Assembly: GCA_965235115.1 (NCBI GenBank)
Contig: OZ249436.1
Span: 5,024,001 to 5,088,000, forward strand
Length of the DNA stretch: 64,000 bases
Direction: 5' to 3'
From: Laetmonice hystrix
Taxonomy: Eukaryota
The notes beneath the pieces are model-generated. The model was given only the letters and a program-made list of their open reading frames with translations. It was not told where the DNA came from and made no database searches. The translations under genes were made by a program, and so were the position numbers. This document shows, piece after piece, positions 48,937-62,000 of the stretch. How positions within the stretch are numbered: position 1 is the stretch's first letter; the number at the start of each line of letters is the position of its first letter.

Positions 48937-50537
48937 TGTTACGCGCCATCGGTCGATCTGACCCATCGGCCGATGGGTCAGACCCATCAGTGGATCGGCC
49001 AACGGGTCGCCCATCGACCGATGGGCGACCCATCGGTGGATGCGCGGCGCGCCAGGGTCGCGGCCCATCGGCCGATGGGTCTGACCCATCGGTGGATGGG
49101 TGGTTGGTAAACAGAACACATGGATGCAGTACATAAAACGGACTATACTGTAGTTATCATGAAGAAAAAAACGTTTAGACGTAGGCACCCTAACTTTAAA
49201 AACTTTAACAGAACTTGAAATGTGTGTGAAAATGTTAAGTAGTGTTAACAGCGGGTAAATCCGGGGGTAATCAAACATGGCAACAATGGTGACCGATTCA
49301 ATGACAGGAGGTGGGTGTGGGGTCTGGACAGGAGCTGGGTGTGAGGCCTGGACAGGAGGTGGGTGTGGGGTCTGGACAGGAGGTGGGTGTGAGGCCTGGA
49401 CAGGAGGTGGGTGTGGGGTCTGGACAGGAGGTGGGTGTGAGGCCTGGACAGGAGGTGGGTGTGAGGCTGGACAGGAGGTGGGTGTGAGGCCTGGACAGGA
49501 GGTGGGTGTGGGGTCTGGACAGGAGGTGGGTCTGAGGCCTGGACAGGAGGTGGGTGTGGGGTCTGGACAGGAGGTGGGTCTGAGGCCTGGACAGGAGGTG
49601 GGTGTGGGGTCTGGACAGGAGGTGGGTGTGGGGTCTGGACAGGAGGTGGGTGTGGGGTCTGGATAGGAGGTGGGTGTGGGGTCTGGACAGGAGGTGGGTG
49701 TGAGGTCTGGACAGGAGGTGGGTGTGGGGTCTGGACAGGAGGTGGGTGTGAGGCCTGGGCAGGAGGTGGGTGTGGGGTCTGGATAGGAGGTGGGTGTGGG
49801 GTCTGGATAGGAGCTGGGTGTGAGGTCTGGACAGGGGGTGGATGTGGGGTCTGGACAGGAGGTGGGTGTGAGGCTGGACAGGAGGTGGGTGTGGGGTCTG
49901 GATAGGAGGTGGGTGTGGGGTCTGGACAGGAGGTGGGTGTGAGGTCTGGACAGGAGGTGGGTGTGGGGTCTGGACAGGAGGTGGGTGTGGGGTCTGGATA
50001 GGAGGTGGGTGTGGGGTTTGGACAGGAGGTGGGTGTGGGGTCTGGCAGGAGGTGGGTGTGGGGTCTGGCAGGAGGTGGGTGTGGGGTCTGGGCAGGAGGT
50101 GGGTGTCGTGTCTGGATAGGAGGTGGGTGTGGGGTCTGCCCAGGAGGTGGGTGTGGGGTCTGGACAGGAGGTGGGTGTGGGGTCTGGACAGGAGGTGGGT
50201 GTCGTGTCTGGGCAAGAGGTGGCTGGGTGGTCTGGGGCGGAGGTGGCTGGGGGATCTGAGTTCTTGGCTGAAGGAAGCCTGCAGCTCGGGTTGAGAGGTT
50301 GTCTCCTATAGGTTTTCATGTCATTTCATGTCTCCTGGTTTACCAACCACCCATCCACCGATGGGTCAGACCCATCGGCCGATGGGCCGCGACCCATCGG
50401 CCGATGGGCCGCGACCCTAGCGCGCGCTGCGCATCCACCGATGGGTCGCCCATCGGTCGATGGGCGACCCGTTGGCCGATCCACCGATGGGTCTGACCCA
50501 TCGGCCGATGGGTCAGATCGACCGATGGCGCGTAACA
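48937..50537. mobile_element. Non-autonomous Ginger-like DNA transposon (TGT...ACA, about 175-200 bp TIRs, 4-bp TSD TTAT)
   Basis: TGTTACGCGCCATCGGTCGATCTGACCCATCGG at 48937 and its reverse complement ending ...CCGATGGCGCGTAACA at 50537; TTAT at 48933-48936 and 50538-50541. The superfamily assignment is inferred from termini and TSD only. Confidence 0.75.
49303..50250. repeat. G-rich 24-bp minisatellite (GGACAGGAGGTGGGTGTGGGGTCT), about 39 copies, inside the Ginger-like element
   Basis: Direct reading of repeats; it explains the TSCPDPTP/HTHLLSRP/GQEVGVGS repeat ORFs. Confidence 0.95.
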
Positions 50538-52240
50538 TTATCAATAGGCTCGTCTAAGGTTAATCATTAACCGGGTTAGGGCCACGTGTGACGGTGTCAA
50601 TCCCTGTTTTCCAGAAACTGTACATAAACCGTTTGGCTCGGCGAGTACAAAGTCATGTATGACTCACAGATTTTATAACTTCAGATTACAAATCATTGAT
50701 AGTGTCGTATGGAGGTGATGGAGGTCAACCCTCCTGACATTGATAATGTTCGTAAATTGTAAATGACAGGGGCCCGTGATGTCTCATTGGTTACAGTATT
50801 TGATGCCCATCCTTGGCCGAGTCCGCCACTGATTACGATAAAAACGGTCCTGTGTGATAGGCAAGGTATATATAGCTTGAACATCCCTGGTCATATCCTT
50901 CCACTGCAGTACCACGTTACAGTATCAGTGCGCTGGGATTTGGATTCCAATACGTGAGTAAATAGGGGTTGGTCTACCTTTACCCTAGCCTGGCCTAGGT
51001 CTGGATCAAAGGGGTGCCAGCCTGCCAGGTACATGAGCTGTCATTTAGAAGAGCTCTCATGGCATGCAAACCCTATCAGCTAATTCAAGCAATTTTAGGA
51101 TGCAGATCCCTGTCGTTTACCAGTGTAACTAAGCTTGGCCGCTCTGTAGTCATCAACTGGAAACTTTGGCCAGTACAAAATCGATGAGGTAATTGTAAAA
51201 TGTCTCTTTAACAGTGGTTTTAAGAGGAGTGGTTTTAAGAACAGGTAGAGAAAGGTACAGAAAGATGAAGTCGGTGTTTTGGTTTAAGTTTTAAAGTTGC
51301 TTGTTTAGTGGTGATGAAGGTTTCTGGCGAACCCGTGATAAAGTTAGCAATGGTGAGAGATCACCACGGGGATAAAGTGCGACTAAATTGGCGCCTCAGA
51401 CCAGTACATAATGTATTATGGTTTGGGCTGGGAGGAGGGAACATGGCGGGTAATTAAATTACTACTCTACCAGGGCCTGATAAAACCTGTAGGACAATGT
51501 AATCAAGAAATTTGTTTCTACACAGAATTAGCATAAGTGTATTTGGATCTGCTAGGAATGAAATTTTACGATTCTGTTACGAAAGTTTCAACTTGAAATA
51601 GTTTAACCAAGGCTTTGAGGTATACTGGTATAGTCTTGGGAAGTTTGACCTCAGAGCTACACTGGTAGGTGTATACCGGGGTAATAAAGACAGGGAAAAT
51701 AGTGTAGTGTGTGTACGGAAGGGGGTCTAGTATAAAAACTGAATTAGAAAAAATAACTGGCAGCCCTCCTCCTATACCTGATCCCTGAAGGTCAAACGTG
51801 CCAATTGGCCAATCAAAATCTCCTAAAACAGCTACAGTAAGGAGGGTCTGCCTCCATGCCTGTTTATCCAACCAAGAGGGTTGATCTAGGAGGCTGTGAT
51901 CAGATTGGTAGCGGCTCATTTTGAACCATTGCGGAGCATACGAAGGCAATCAGTAGATGATGACAGCACTAGTCGTAATGGGCCGTTCTATTCAGATCAG
52001 ACATCACCAGATCAGACATCACCGACTTGGACCTCTCCTATTTCCGATTGCATGAAGCTCTGACCTTTACAGGGGTGTGATGCTACATTTTTGGGCTATC
52101 ACATACAAATACCAGGGTCAAAGTACAGTTTACTAGGCTATATGTACAATTACAAGGCTAAGGCCTTTTTCACCAGTGGCTAAGGCCAGCCTCTGCCGAT
52201 GTGAAAGGAATGTAAGTGAGCTGGAATGGACGTCCACTTT

Positions 52241-52376
52241 GGCTCGTTTCACTAAGACTGTATGAGCTCGTATACGGCCTTATATCTCGTAAAGAAGCAA
52301 AATCTCGTACATTTTGCCATTATGATCTATAGAAAATACGAGCTCGTAAAATACAAGTGTTTAGTGAAACGGGCCC
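52241..52376. mobile_element. Short Harbinger-like MITE related to 13994-14130
   Basis: GGCTCGTTTCACTAAGAC ... GTTTAGTGAAACGGGCCC inverted repeats. Confidence 0.6.
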
Positions 52377-53185
52377 CAGGATTCCTAGAGGATGCAGGTC
52401 CTAGTCATGGGTATAGGTACTTTGTGGACAATAGAATCAGGATATATCTGGGGAAATGGTTACTGTTAGGATTAGTGTTAGAATTATGAGGAGATATTGA
52501 TAAAATACAACATCACAGACTTCAAGCCCTAGTAACACAGGTCCGTCAGACCTATATTTCAAGTATTGCAGGTCTATCGGACCTGGATTTCAGGGGTACA
52601 TGTACTTGGAAATCTGTTACACTGGCCTGGGCTTGCCGTTAGTGCAAGATGCACACTTGACTTTAAAGTGTATGTTTGATTCTGTTTGTTTGAGGAGGGG
52701 GGCAAACACTATGCTTGGAGTAGGATTTTTTATTCTTTAGTCAAGTTTGGATGTTGATTTGACAAAAATCTTTAGCCAGATTTCAGAAATTTATTTCCAC
52801 CAGACTGGCCAAAATCAAGAAGGCAAAGTCGCACATTTCTTGTTCTCCAGTTGCTACATTTGTTCACCAGTGGCTAACTTGCAGATGGCGTCAGTTTGAA
52901 TAACATTTATATAACTCAGGGATTAAGGTCCCTTGTTATCCTGTTTTCAGCATGTCGTGCGGATGACAGGTTCATTATATGTATTTGGACTCAGTACAGG
53001 TTTTAAATGATTAAAACTACGGATTGCCCTAGGCTTGTACCCAATTAAATCGGTATTCATTGGGTAGAGAAATTAGAGGTGTAAATGCCCTGATTGGGAG
53101 TTATATTTCTGCTGTTCATTACTACGTATTAACTGAGTGTTTTACCTTCTATCACAGTTTTGAAGTGTCGACCCAAACTGTCACC

Positions 53186-55484
53186 ATGCCACCAAGGAAT
53201 GTTGACATCGATGTGACTCCAGCAGCTGCTGACAGTTTTGCGGGCGAGGTGGAGCCAGTTGTTACAGAGGAGATTCACGAACAGAAGCGGCCACCAATGC
53301 AGATAGTCTGGCACAATGTTATCTGGTTCAGTCTGCTACATCTGGGAGCTGTGTACGGCTTCATCTGCCTGCCATTCACCCACCCTCTCACCTGGATCTG
53401 GAGTAAGGGTTCACACCAATTGATGGGGGGGGGGGGGGGGGGGGGGGGCTAGGGGTAGTATGTTTGGCAAATTAGTAATGTTAGGTTATTGATGTGCAAA
53501 AGAAAAAAAATCCTTTTAATGTACGTATGGTACATATTCTACTCAATATGCTCCCTCTCTTCCTTTGAACTTTAACTACAGTTGCCGTATTGTTGCCTTC
53601 TAGCCTAAACTTCTTTAGTTTTTGTTAGTCCTACTTACAGGATACATCATGTGGACAAATGTACTTAACATTTGGTTTGTAACATTGATAATAAAAGTAG
53701 TAAAAAAAAGTCGCTAAAAAAAGATGAGAGATAGTCGGGACAATGATGTTCAAACACTTCAGGTGAAAGTGGCTCTCTAAATATCAGATAATCAACTCTT
53801 TGTATCTAGACAATAATAATTATCAGTCAGCTGAGGTGTTTGTATACGGTAACACATCTTGTTTAAAAAAATAACTTTATTAAGTAACGACATGTATGAC
53901 TGTTTTTTGTTTTGACAGCATTTCTCCTGTACTTGGTTGGTGCTCTTGGAATAACAGCAGGGGCTCATAGATTGTGGGCTCACCGTTCATATAAAGCAAA
54001 GCTGCCAGCCCGTATTCTACTTGCCATCTTTAACTCCGTAGCATTCCAGGTAAGTGTAATGTCATGTCAACTTCTAAAGTTAAAAAGAGGGCAGAAACTG
54101 GAGAATGTGTTTTTTATTTTCCAAAATTTGTTAAATTAAAAAAAAAATTAATGGGAGTTGGATTCTATGTTTTAGAAAGCTCATGTTTTCTAAAATCCGT
54201 TTTTATCATTAATTGAAATGGCCTTATATATTCTTGTTAGCCTACAGCTCAGTTTTACAGCACACGTATGGTTCACCTGGTTTTGTCTATGACCTGGTTA
54301 TGTCTATGACCTGGTTTTGTCTATGACCTGGTTATGTCTATGACCTGGTTATGTCTATGACCTGGTTTTGTCTATGACCTGGTTATGTCTATGACCTGGT
54401 TTTGTCTATGACCTGGTTTTGTCTATGACCTGGTTTTGTCTATGACCTGGTTTTGTCTATGACCTGGTTTTGTCTATTACAGAACGACGTGATTGAGTGG
54501 GCTCGAGACCACCGTGTCCACCATAAGTTCTCGGAGACGGATGCCGACCCCCACAATGCCCGGCGCGGGTTTTTCTTTGCCCATATCGGCTGGCTGCTGG
54601 TACGGAAACATCCTGACGTCAAGGTGAAGGGGAAGCAGCTTGACCTGGATGACCTCTTACAGGACCCAGTCCTCATCATCCAAAGGAGGTTAGTGACTAT
54701 TTAAGAACCATTGATGGTGTCAATGGACAAAATATATCGTTACTTTTTTATAGCAATGATGGAAAATAGAATGGTCTTTCAAACACAAACTGTTACTGTC
54801 ATTAGATTATATTACGACAGATTTAGAAATATCTATAAGACAAAAAAACTGAGCTGTGGTAAGATCGTATGATGATAGTTGAGAGTCTGGGTCAGTGGAG
54901 AATGGACTATTGTGATTGACGTCAGATCTGGAGTGATTCCTAGAAATGTGCAAGGCTATTCACCAGCTTGGTCAGTGTTTATACGGAGTGATATTTGGTT
55001 TTATGGTCTGTGTTGCAGATTCTACATACCCTCGGTGTTGCTGTTCTGCATTTTCCTGCCCATGTTCATTCCATGGTACTTCTGGGGAGAGAGTGCCGTT
55101 CTCTCCTTTTTCTGCTGTTCAATCTTTCGCTACATCCTTCAACTGAACGTTACATGGTTTGTCAACAGTGCTGCACACATGTGGGGCAACAAACCATACA
55201 ACCGCCACATTAACCCGGCTGAGAATTTCTTTGTAACCTTTGGTGCCGTTGGGGAAGGTTTTCATAACTACCACCACACTTTCCCAAGTGACTACAGCAC
55301 CAGCGAGTATGGCTGGAAGCTGAACATGACCACTCTCTTCATTGACACTCTTGCTGCTTTGGGTCAGGTCTACGATCGCAAAAAGATGGCACCAGAAGCA
55401 GTCTTCAGACGCAAGCAACGAACCGGTGATGGAAGTGTTGGATTTGGTCACCTTTCAACAAAGACTCACTCGCATAGTGAATGA
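53186..55484 (+). CDS. SCD: Stearoyl-CoA (delta-9 acyl-CoA) desaturase, 339 aa
   Basis: Exons 53186-53402, 53919-54049, 54483-54688, 55019-55484 (1020 nt, phases consistent). His boxes HRLWAH, HRVHH, HNYHH; ETDADPHNARRGFFFAHIGWL; TWFVNSAAHMWG. An acceptor at 53156-53157 implies an upstream non-coding exon. Confidence 0.97.
54275..54477. repeat. 17-bp minisatellite (ACCTGGTTWTGTCTATG), about 12 copies, abutting the SCD exon acceptor
   Basis: The array runs directly into TTTTGTCTATTACAG|AAC at 54481-54483. Confidence 0.95.
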
Positions 55485-56043
55485 TTAAGTCCTCAGTGCC
55501 ACAGTTAGGGGAGAGGTTAAAAAAAGCTTGCAGTTCTGTTTTATCCGTCAAACATCTTGGTGTATAGATTGTTGTAAGTACTTGGGTGTATGATAATATG
55601 TACCATAATGCTTGATAGCCTGGCTTGACCATACTGTAGTTTCATTCGAAGACCTCAAGGAACGATGACAAAATAGTAAGCTATTGGTGAAGGTAAATCA
55701 ACCCAGTAGCTGAGTGTTTATCTTGTACAGGTATTGAAGGCGGCCAGGAGATTGTAACCAAGTCTATAACTACAGATTATTACAGATAGCTGCCTGTTCA
55801 AACAGCCTCTCAGCAAAGAAATGCTAATTTTTTGGATTTACATCCTTCAGATATACCTACGCATTGCCCTGCCCATAACATAATTTGGTAATGGAGAGAA
55901 ATACTTTTTCGAGGCAGGGATTAAAAAAAGCCCATCCCCTAATTAGAATGTACCATGCTCGACTGCACACCCATCTTTTTTAAAAGACACTATTCCAGGC
56001 TGTATATTATTATCTCATACATTATGATGGACATGAAAGTTTT

Positions 56044-56376
56044 GATCTGGTGTCGCGCACTCTGATCTCCGCCAGTCTCAGATCTACGGGAGCAAGGTTT
56101 CCTATTGTTTAGATGCTGAATCTTATTTGGCCTCACACCTCCGGCCGTCTGCTAGCAGCTGATGGGCGGTTTTCTTCCAACTAAGGATAAACAACAGCCT
56201 GGCTAGGCAAATGTTTGTGACAAAATATGGCGGAGGAGATTGGTCATTACGTGTGACTCAACCAAGACATGAGATTTCGGATAGTTCGACAAGAACTGTA
56301 CAAATACACCCAGTTTATGCAGCTAACCTGCTGGAGATGTGAGACTGCGGAGATGTGAGGCTACGACACCAGCCTA
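56044..56376. mobile_element. Old TIR element in the probable SCD 3' UTR
   Basis: CTGGTGTCGCGCACTCTGATCTCCGCCAGTCTCAGATCT and AGATGTGAGACTGCGGAGATGTGAGGCTACGACACCAG are diverged inverted repeats of about 40 bp. Confidence 0.55.
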
Positions 56377-58668
56377 GTAATATCTAGAGAATTAGAAATC
56401 CGAAAATCTCACTCTTGCTTTTTTTTAAACCGTACTCGACTTCTTCACCCATAGTGTTGTTTTGAGAGAATACTTACCTGTAAGTAAGATGCTGTTGGTT
56501 AGCTTATAACTGTTACAACAGTACTGAAAGTACACAACACCCTTGAGTAAAGTTTTGTTAACTGGTTCAGTCGGTCTTAATGTGCCTTTTTACATTATGA
56601 ACCGCTTTATCCACTTGAAGAACATTCCACTCATCTGAAGAACATAAACTTCCCAGTACGGTACGAGAAAAACAGACAAGATATTTTGCTGTCGTGAGTG
56701 GAAAAAGGTTGCCAACCCCTTCGTGTCAGATAATTAGAAAAAGATCATAAATGACGATGCAGTAAGAAAGAAACAGAGATATTAAAAACCAGGTTTTTGC
56801 AGAAACCTAACAGATAAGGAAAGTAACTTCTACTCAGGTGCACAAATCTACGTGTAGGAAGGATAACTGCATGGAAAGATGCAGTTAAAACTGCTGCATT
56901 CTTTTCTTATCTGTCCAGGGAGTATTGTACATCTACATGTAAAGCTGGTGTCCCAGCGCTTGGTTCCCACTGCTGTCAGTTCAGTACTTGGAACATGTAT
57001 TACTTTTCTCAGCAAATTTGTATGATACATTCGTGTTTACACAAGTCCGTCAAACTCTGGAAGTACTGTTAGAAAAAAAAATGGATGTAAGACTAAAATA
57101 GGTAATGCATACCTGATTTAATGATTAGATTGTTAATATTTATATGATAATTGTGTGATTTGTTGATTGGATCATGCGTAGATAGCAAGGGGTATCCTAT
57201 TTATTTATTCCACAGGTGAAATGGGGTGGGGAAGTTCAGAATTTCAAAAAATGCCACCCACTGGTACACGGGTCGTCATTGGCGAGTTTCCCACTTTATA
57301 ATGGCTTGTAGAGCAGGGCAGGCTTCTAATTGAATCCCTCCCCTCATTATGGACGCACTCTTAAAATTACGAAATTTGTGATCATCTTTGGGGGAATATA
57401 AAGTGTAAGTTAAAGGAAATATCTTTACCGTTATACTGAAACATTGGTTGACAATCCTGGGTACTGCAGCAGATGTGATGCATAACGGGATAAGGTCCTT
57501 GTCACAAAGGTTTGAAACATTTGAATTCAGTTTTTTTAAATCTGGTGAGAGTTTATTTAATGTAAAGGTATAGATCTTTTCTCCAGTAGACCTTGTTGAG
57601 TTGATCTCAAGTGCTGAGAACAGCACAGCTTTAGGTGTTACCAAAGATGTAGTTCAGGCACATATTTTGCCTTCTACTCTAGTTGTCCAGACTTACTTCC
57701 AATCTAAAACGGTCTAGTAGTTAAAATGTTGAAGGAAGTTGTTTTTCATAGCAGGATTCGGATTTGAAGTAATTCTTTTTAATCTTTAAATAAGAATCCT
57801 GTTTTTAAATACTAGTCTTTTCGAACTTTAAAACAAGCAACTTTTCTACACGGCGGATTGTTCATTGCCTTCTTAAAGCTCGTGTATATAATATAACGTA
57901 CAAGCTACCGGTGAGTCTGAGAAATGACACGTCAGACCTTGCTGGTAAGGACAATGTGCACACCCAGGCACACAACTAGGGTCTCTTTTTGTACTCGCGT
58001 TGTAATTTTGTCTCGATAAATATATGTGTTGATGTTGGCAAGTATGGTGGCAAAAGGATGGTAAAGTTTCGTGGGCTTACTGTGAAACTAAAACTGGAAG
58101 TGAAGAACCGAGCAACGACTTCCATGTAGTTTGCCCTTATGAAAATAAATCAAGTTAATGTATGGAGGTGTGGTTGTATTTTTGTATATATGGTACATGC
58201 GGGAGGCTCAGGGGAATCTGGTTTTGGCAGCCGACTTTTTCTGGGAACAGAAACCGTAGAATCTGTAAAAGGGTTTTTGATGTTCTGTAATACATAATGT
58301 ACTAAGTAAACGCCCCCTTGATGTGTGAACAACCCACGACAGTAGATTCACACCATGCGACAGGTACCGTTGGTTTGCAGGGTTTGATCAGTTCGGGTAA
58401 GAGGTACATCAGCACACTTCAATAGTGAATCCAGAACGGGCAGGGATCCGTCTTACTAAGGTCACCTGCCAAATGCCTCCGGGTGTATACCCAGCCCGTG
58501 TGGGGGTTGGGGTTGGGGTTGGGGGGTGCAGGGTTGGGGTGTGGGGAACGAGCCTCCATTCGACCTGGATAGGGAATCTACGTTAATCACACGTCTTCTT
58601 TTACTTTAAACAATCACCTCAGGCACATGAAAATTTGATCACCCTTCAGAATCCTGAATCTCCATTGG

Positions 58669-59007
58669 CAGGGTTCCCACAGACTTTCTAATATGAAATT
58701 CCATGATTTCTCCAGGAAAATTTTTGAATTTAGAAGGCAAAAAAACTATTTCACAGCATCTGGAGGTAAAATTGAGAATTTCCTCATTGGAAATATTTAG
58801 GTTTGGCCTACCAATAATTTAAAAAAAAAAAGGGGCAGCTAATATTATCATAGGCTTAATTAATGTGAATGTAGCGAGGTACCGATACATAATGATTATT
58901 TTCCAGGTCTGACCCTAAAATTCCAGGCTTTTTGCTGAATTTTGAAATTCCATATTTCCATGATTTTTCAAGGTTTGTATCATTTTCCAGGTCTTATGGG
59001 AACCCTG
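58669..59007. mobile_element. TIR element (CAGGGTTCCCA) with 5-bp TSD ATTGG
   Basis: CAGGGTTCCCA ... TGGGAACCCTG; ATTGG at 58664-58668 and 59008-59012. Confidence 0.85.
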
Positions 59008-62000
59008 ATTGGAAAAAACCGGTACATCTTTCCATTGAATTCATCTGTGTCTCAGTAGCCACGTGACAACTTCAGTGGGAAATATTTATTCAGAAAATTC
59101 AGGGTAGTAAGTCTACAGATAGCGAAATAACTCTATTGGATGCAACTTTAAAATTCAAAGATTTTTATCAAGCGATCCGAGAACTAGACTGCTGTACTAG
59201 ATGTGTGTACACACTATTCTACACTAGCACTTACAATACACATGTGCTGACGTGCTGACAGACAACTACCAAGTACCAAAATAAAGCGTAGCAAGGGTCA
59301 TAATTTATGTATGAAATTACTGAGAAATAACAACTAACTTTTTTGTTTAAATGAGGCAGACAGATCATAAGACCTGCAATATAAATAAACACACCGGAAT
59401 GTAACATTTACTTTACTATTACAATGTAACAGTCTGTATATCAAATTGATATGCAATGTAATCTTGACCCATCAAGGAATGTACCAGTACTTGTAATATC
59501 ACAAACAATCTCAAATGAATGACAAGTGTTTCACCACTCATACAATATAACTGTCTTGAATATTTCTTTCTCAGTTTTACACGACTTTCTCCTGCGCTTA
59601 ACCTAGCCTAGTCTTGGTATAATTAACTGATCAGTGCTAAGAATATTTATTCATGTGGCTACGGAGAAAAAATACCTTTTACCAAAGACGGAAGAATGAG
59701 ACAAGGCGATGACCCAACTGACTCGGTGTACTACCGCCAGTATCGGTAACAGCAGTTGGTTAATCACAATTATGTATATTCAAGACTACAGGCAGACCTC
59801 TAATTGCATGCATTATAAATTAACTTGCATCCAAATGGCAATGCTGACACTTTGCCTAAAAAGCTACGAGTTTCTGTATCCCGAATATGCAGTCACCTGA
59901 TACTGCCGACTAGCATATAATAGTGTAAATTACAACTATTAAAACCTGCAAAAGAGATGTATAAAAATGAGATACTCTCTTGCCTAAATTAAAAAAAAAT
60001 AATACTAGATGGTTGTAGCGTATACATGTATGAAGAAACATTGCCATGTTACAAAAACAGTTCCTGGACCAAAAACTGAACTCTGGCTGAGGCCAGCCCA
60101 TACATGGCCACAAGACAACCATTCAACAAGAATGCAGCCAATTTTTGTCTCTGCAATAACTTCAGATGTTAAAAATAATACAATATAATAAATAATACTT
60201 GCACATGTGTTAAGAAAAAATGTATATCAGGCAACATCATCATCTCAATGGCTGCATTTACTGTTCCAACACAAACCATGAAGATGGCTGCATACATATT
60301 TTTGAATCATAATCGTGTCAGGCAATCATGCAAGGTTCCTGACGAAACTCAAATTATTCCATACAGAGATATTTTCATACATTGGAGTGCTTTTGGAAGA
60401 ACCCTCGTGAAAATCATTACTGCATGGCTCGCCACTAGGACAATAGGCTGGTCTGGAACACAGCTCACACCCTAGTGGTAAATGGAATAACTAAATGGGA
60501 GCAATGACTCTCACAGAAAAATAAACAAATTCCACGTAGTGGGATCTTTGTTATCCTGGGTAAAAACTTTCAGATATATACAGTACATAACTCGGCTGAC
60601 CACTTTTTTGAAGGTTAGACCAAGCCAATTAGCTTACTTATGTAAATTAAGTACAAAGACAGAGAGACAAAATATCTTTCAATGGACTAGAACGAAACCA
60701 AAGGTTTACTTTTGGAAGCGAGGTTCACAAACAGGGATTCAAGTCTCCACTGACACAAACACACACACAAATAAATAAAAAAATCTGAAAACACAGGACA
60801 GAAGTCTGCCAACCAGAATATTTGTGCACTTTCTCGTTGTTTCTTATGTGGCTTGTACGTATCAAAGCATCACGTCACTAAAGAAGATTTTCAACAGGCA
60901 GGTTTATCTGAACTGGTAATCGTCTAACCCAGCTCTAGTTTACGCCAACCATATGGGGCACATCTAGAATCCTATGGTCCTATACCTTAGAACCAACACT
61001 TATAACACAACATCTTGAGAATCTTGCTAGTATAGGAGAACATCGTGAGAATCTTGTTAGTTACAACATCTTGAGAATCTTACTAGGGATACTGTATTCC
61101 TTTTTAAGACATGCACAAAACACAAAATTAATGAATGCCAACTCGCCCTTTTTTTGCATTCAGCCCTCAGCTAGGATAGAGGAAATATGGTAAAATGCTA
61201 ACATTTTCTGCGACATTTGCTGTTGATTACTACCTACACCTGATCACATATTATCAGTTGAGGGTTGCTTTGTCGTATTTTTGGTTCTTTTTCCCTCATT
61301 AAAATTCTGTGACTGGATCATAAAAATGTGCAATGTTACAGGTCTTACTGCTTGGAATTTTTGTACTTTTCTGGTATTTAGGATTTATGGTCAATACAGG
61401 TTTTAAGCAGTTTTTAGGGAGATAATAGCAAAGTGGAACAAGGACAAATACACTCCTACATCAAACACGTTCCACAAATTGACTCTGAACGCTCACCCCT
61501 CCCCCTTCACCAAGTGGGTAATACAGTTAAACAATAATCCGCGTTTCTATTTTAGCAGGTGGCAAGTACAATGCTTTAACATGATAGAAATATGCCCATG
61601 ACCTATTCCTTGTAGTGCTTATATTTTGGTCTCTTATGTCAAGGCAGTGAGCTATTGTTGGATCTATCCCACTATTTAATCAACTTTTTCTGGGTGTTTG
61701 GAAAAGAGAACCATTCACTCCGACTCATTTCTGTCGGTTTCTATTATCCTGTTCTATAAAAATGGGTGCCAAAAAATGAATCTGTATAGCAGGCTGGATA
61801 CCAGAAACGTAAACTATAGCTAGAAAAAAATAGTGAGCCTGAAACCTATACGTTTTATATGGCTATACAGCTAAACTCTGCAGATTCTATTTGTATGCAA
61901 CTGCTAATTTCAAGTGAGGAAATTTCAGCTTGTAATGGTATGTTCAATTATTATCTGTTCCTGCATGTAATTCAAACTGTTTGGAATATATTTTCTTACA

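Noticed and set aside
48925..50319. 464-aa and 305-aa ORFs with TSCPDPTP/HTHLLSRP repeats
   Set aside because: By-products of a stop-free 24-bp minisatellite inside a TIR element; open in several frames on both strands.
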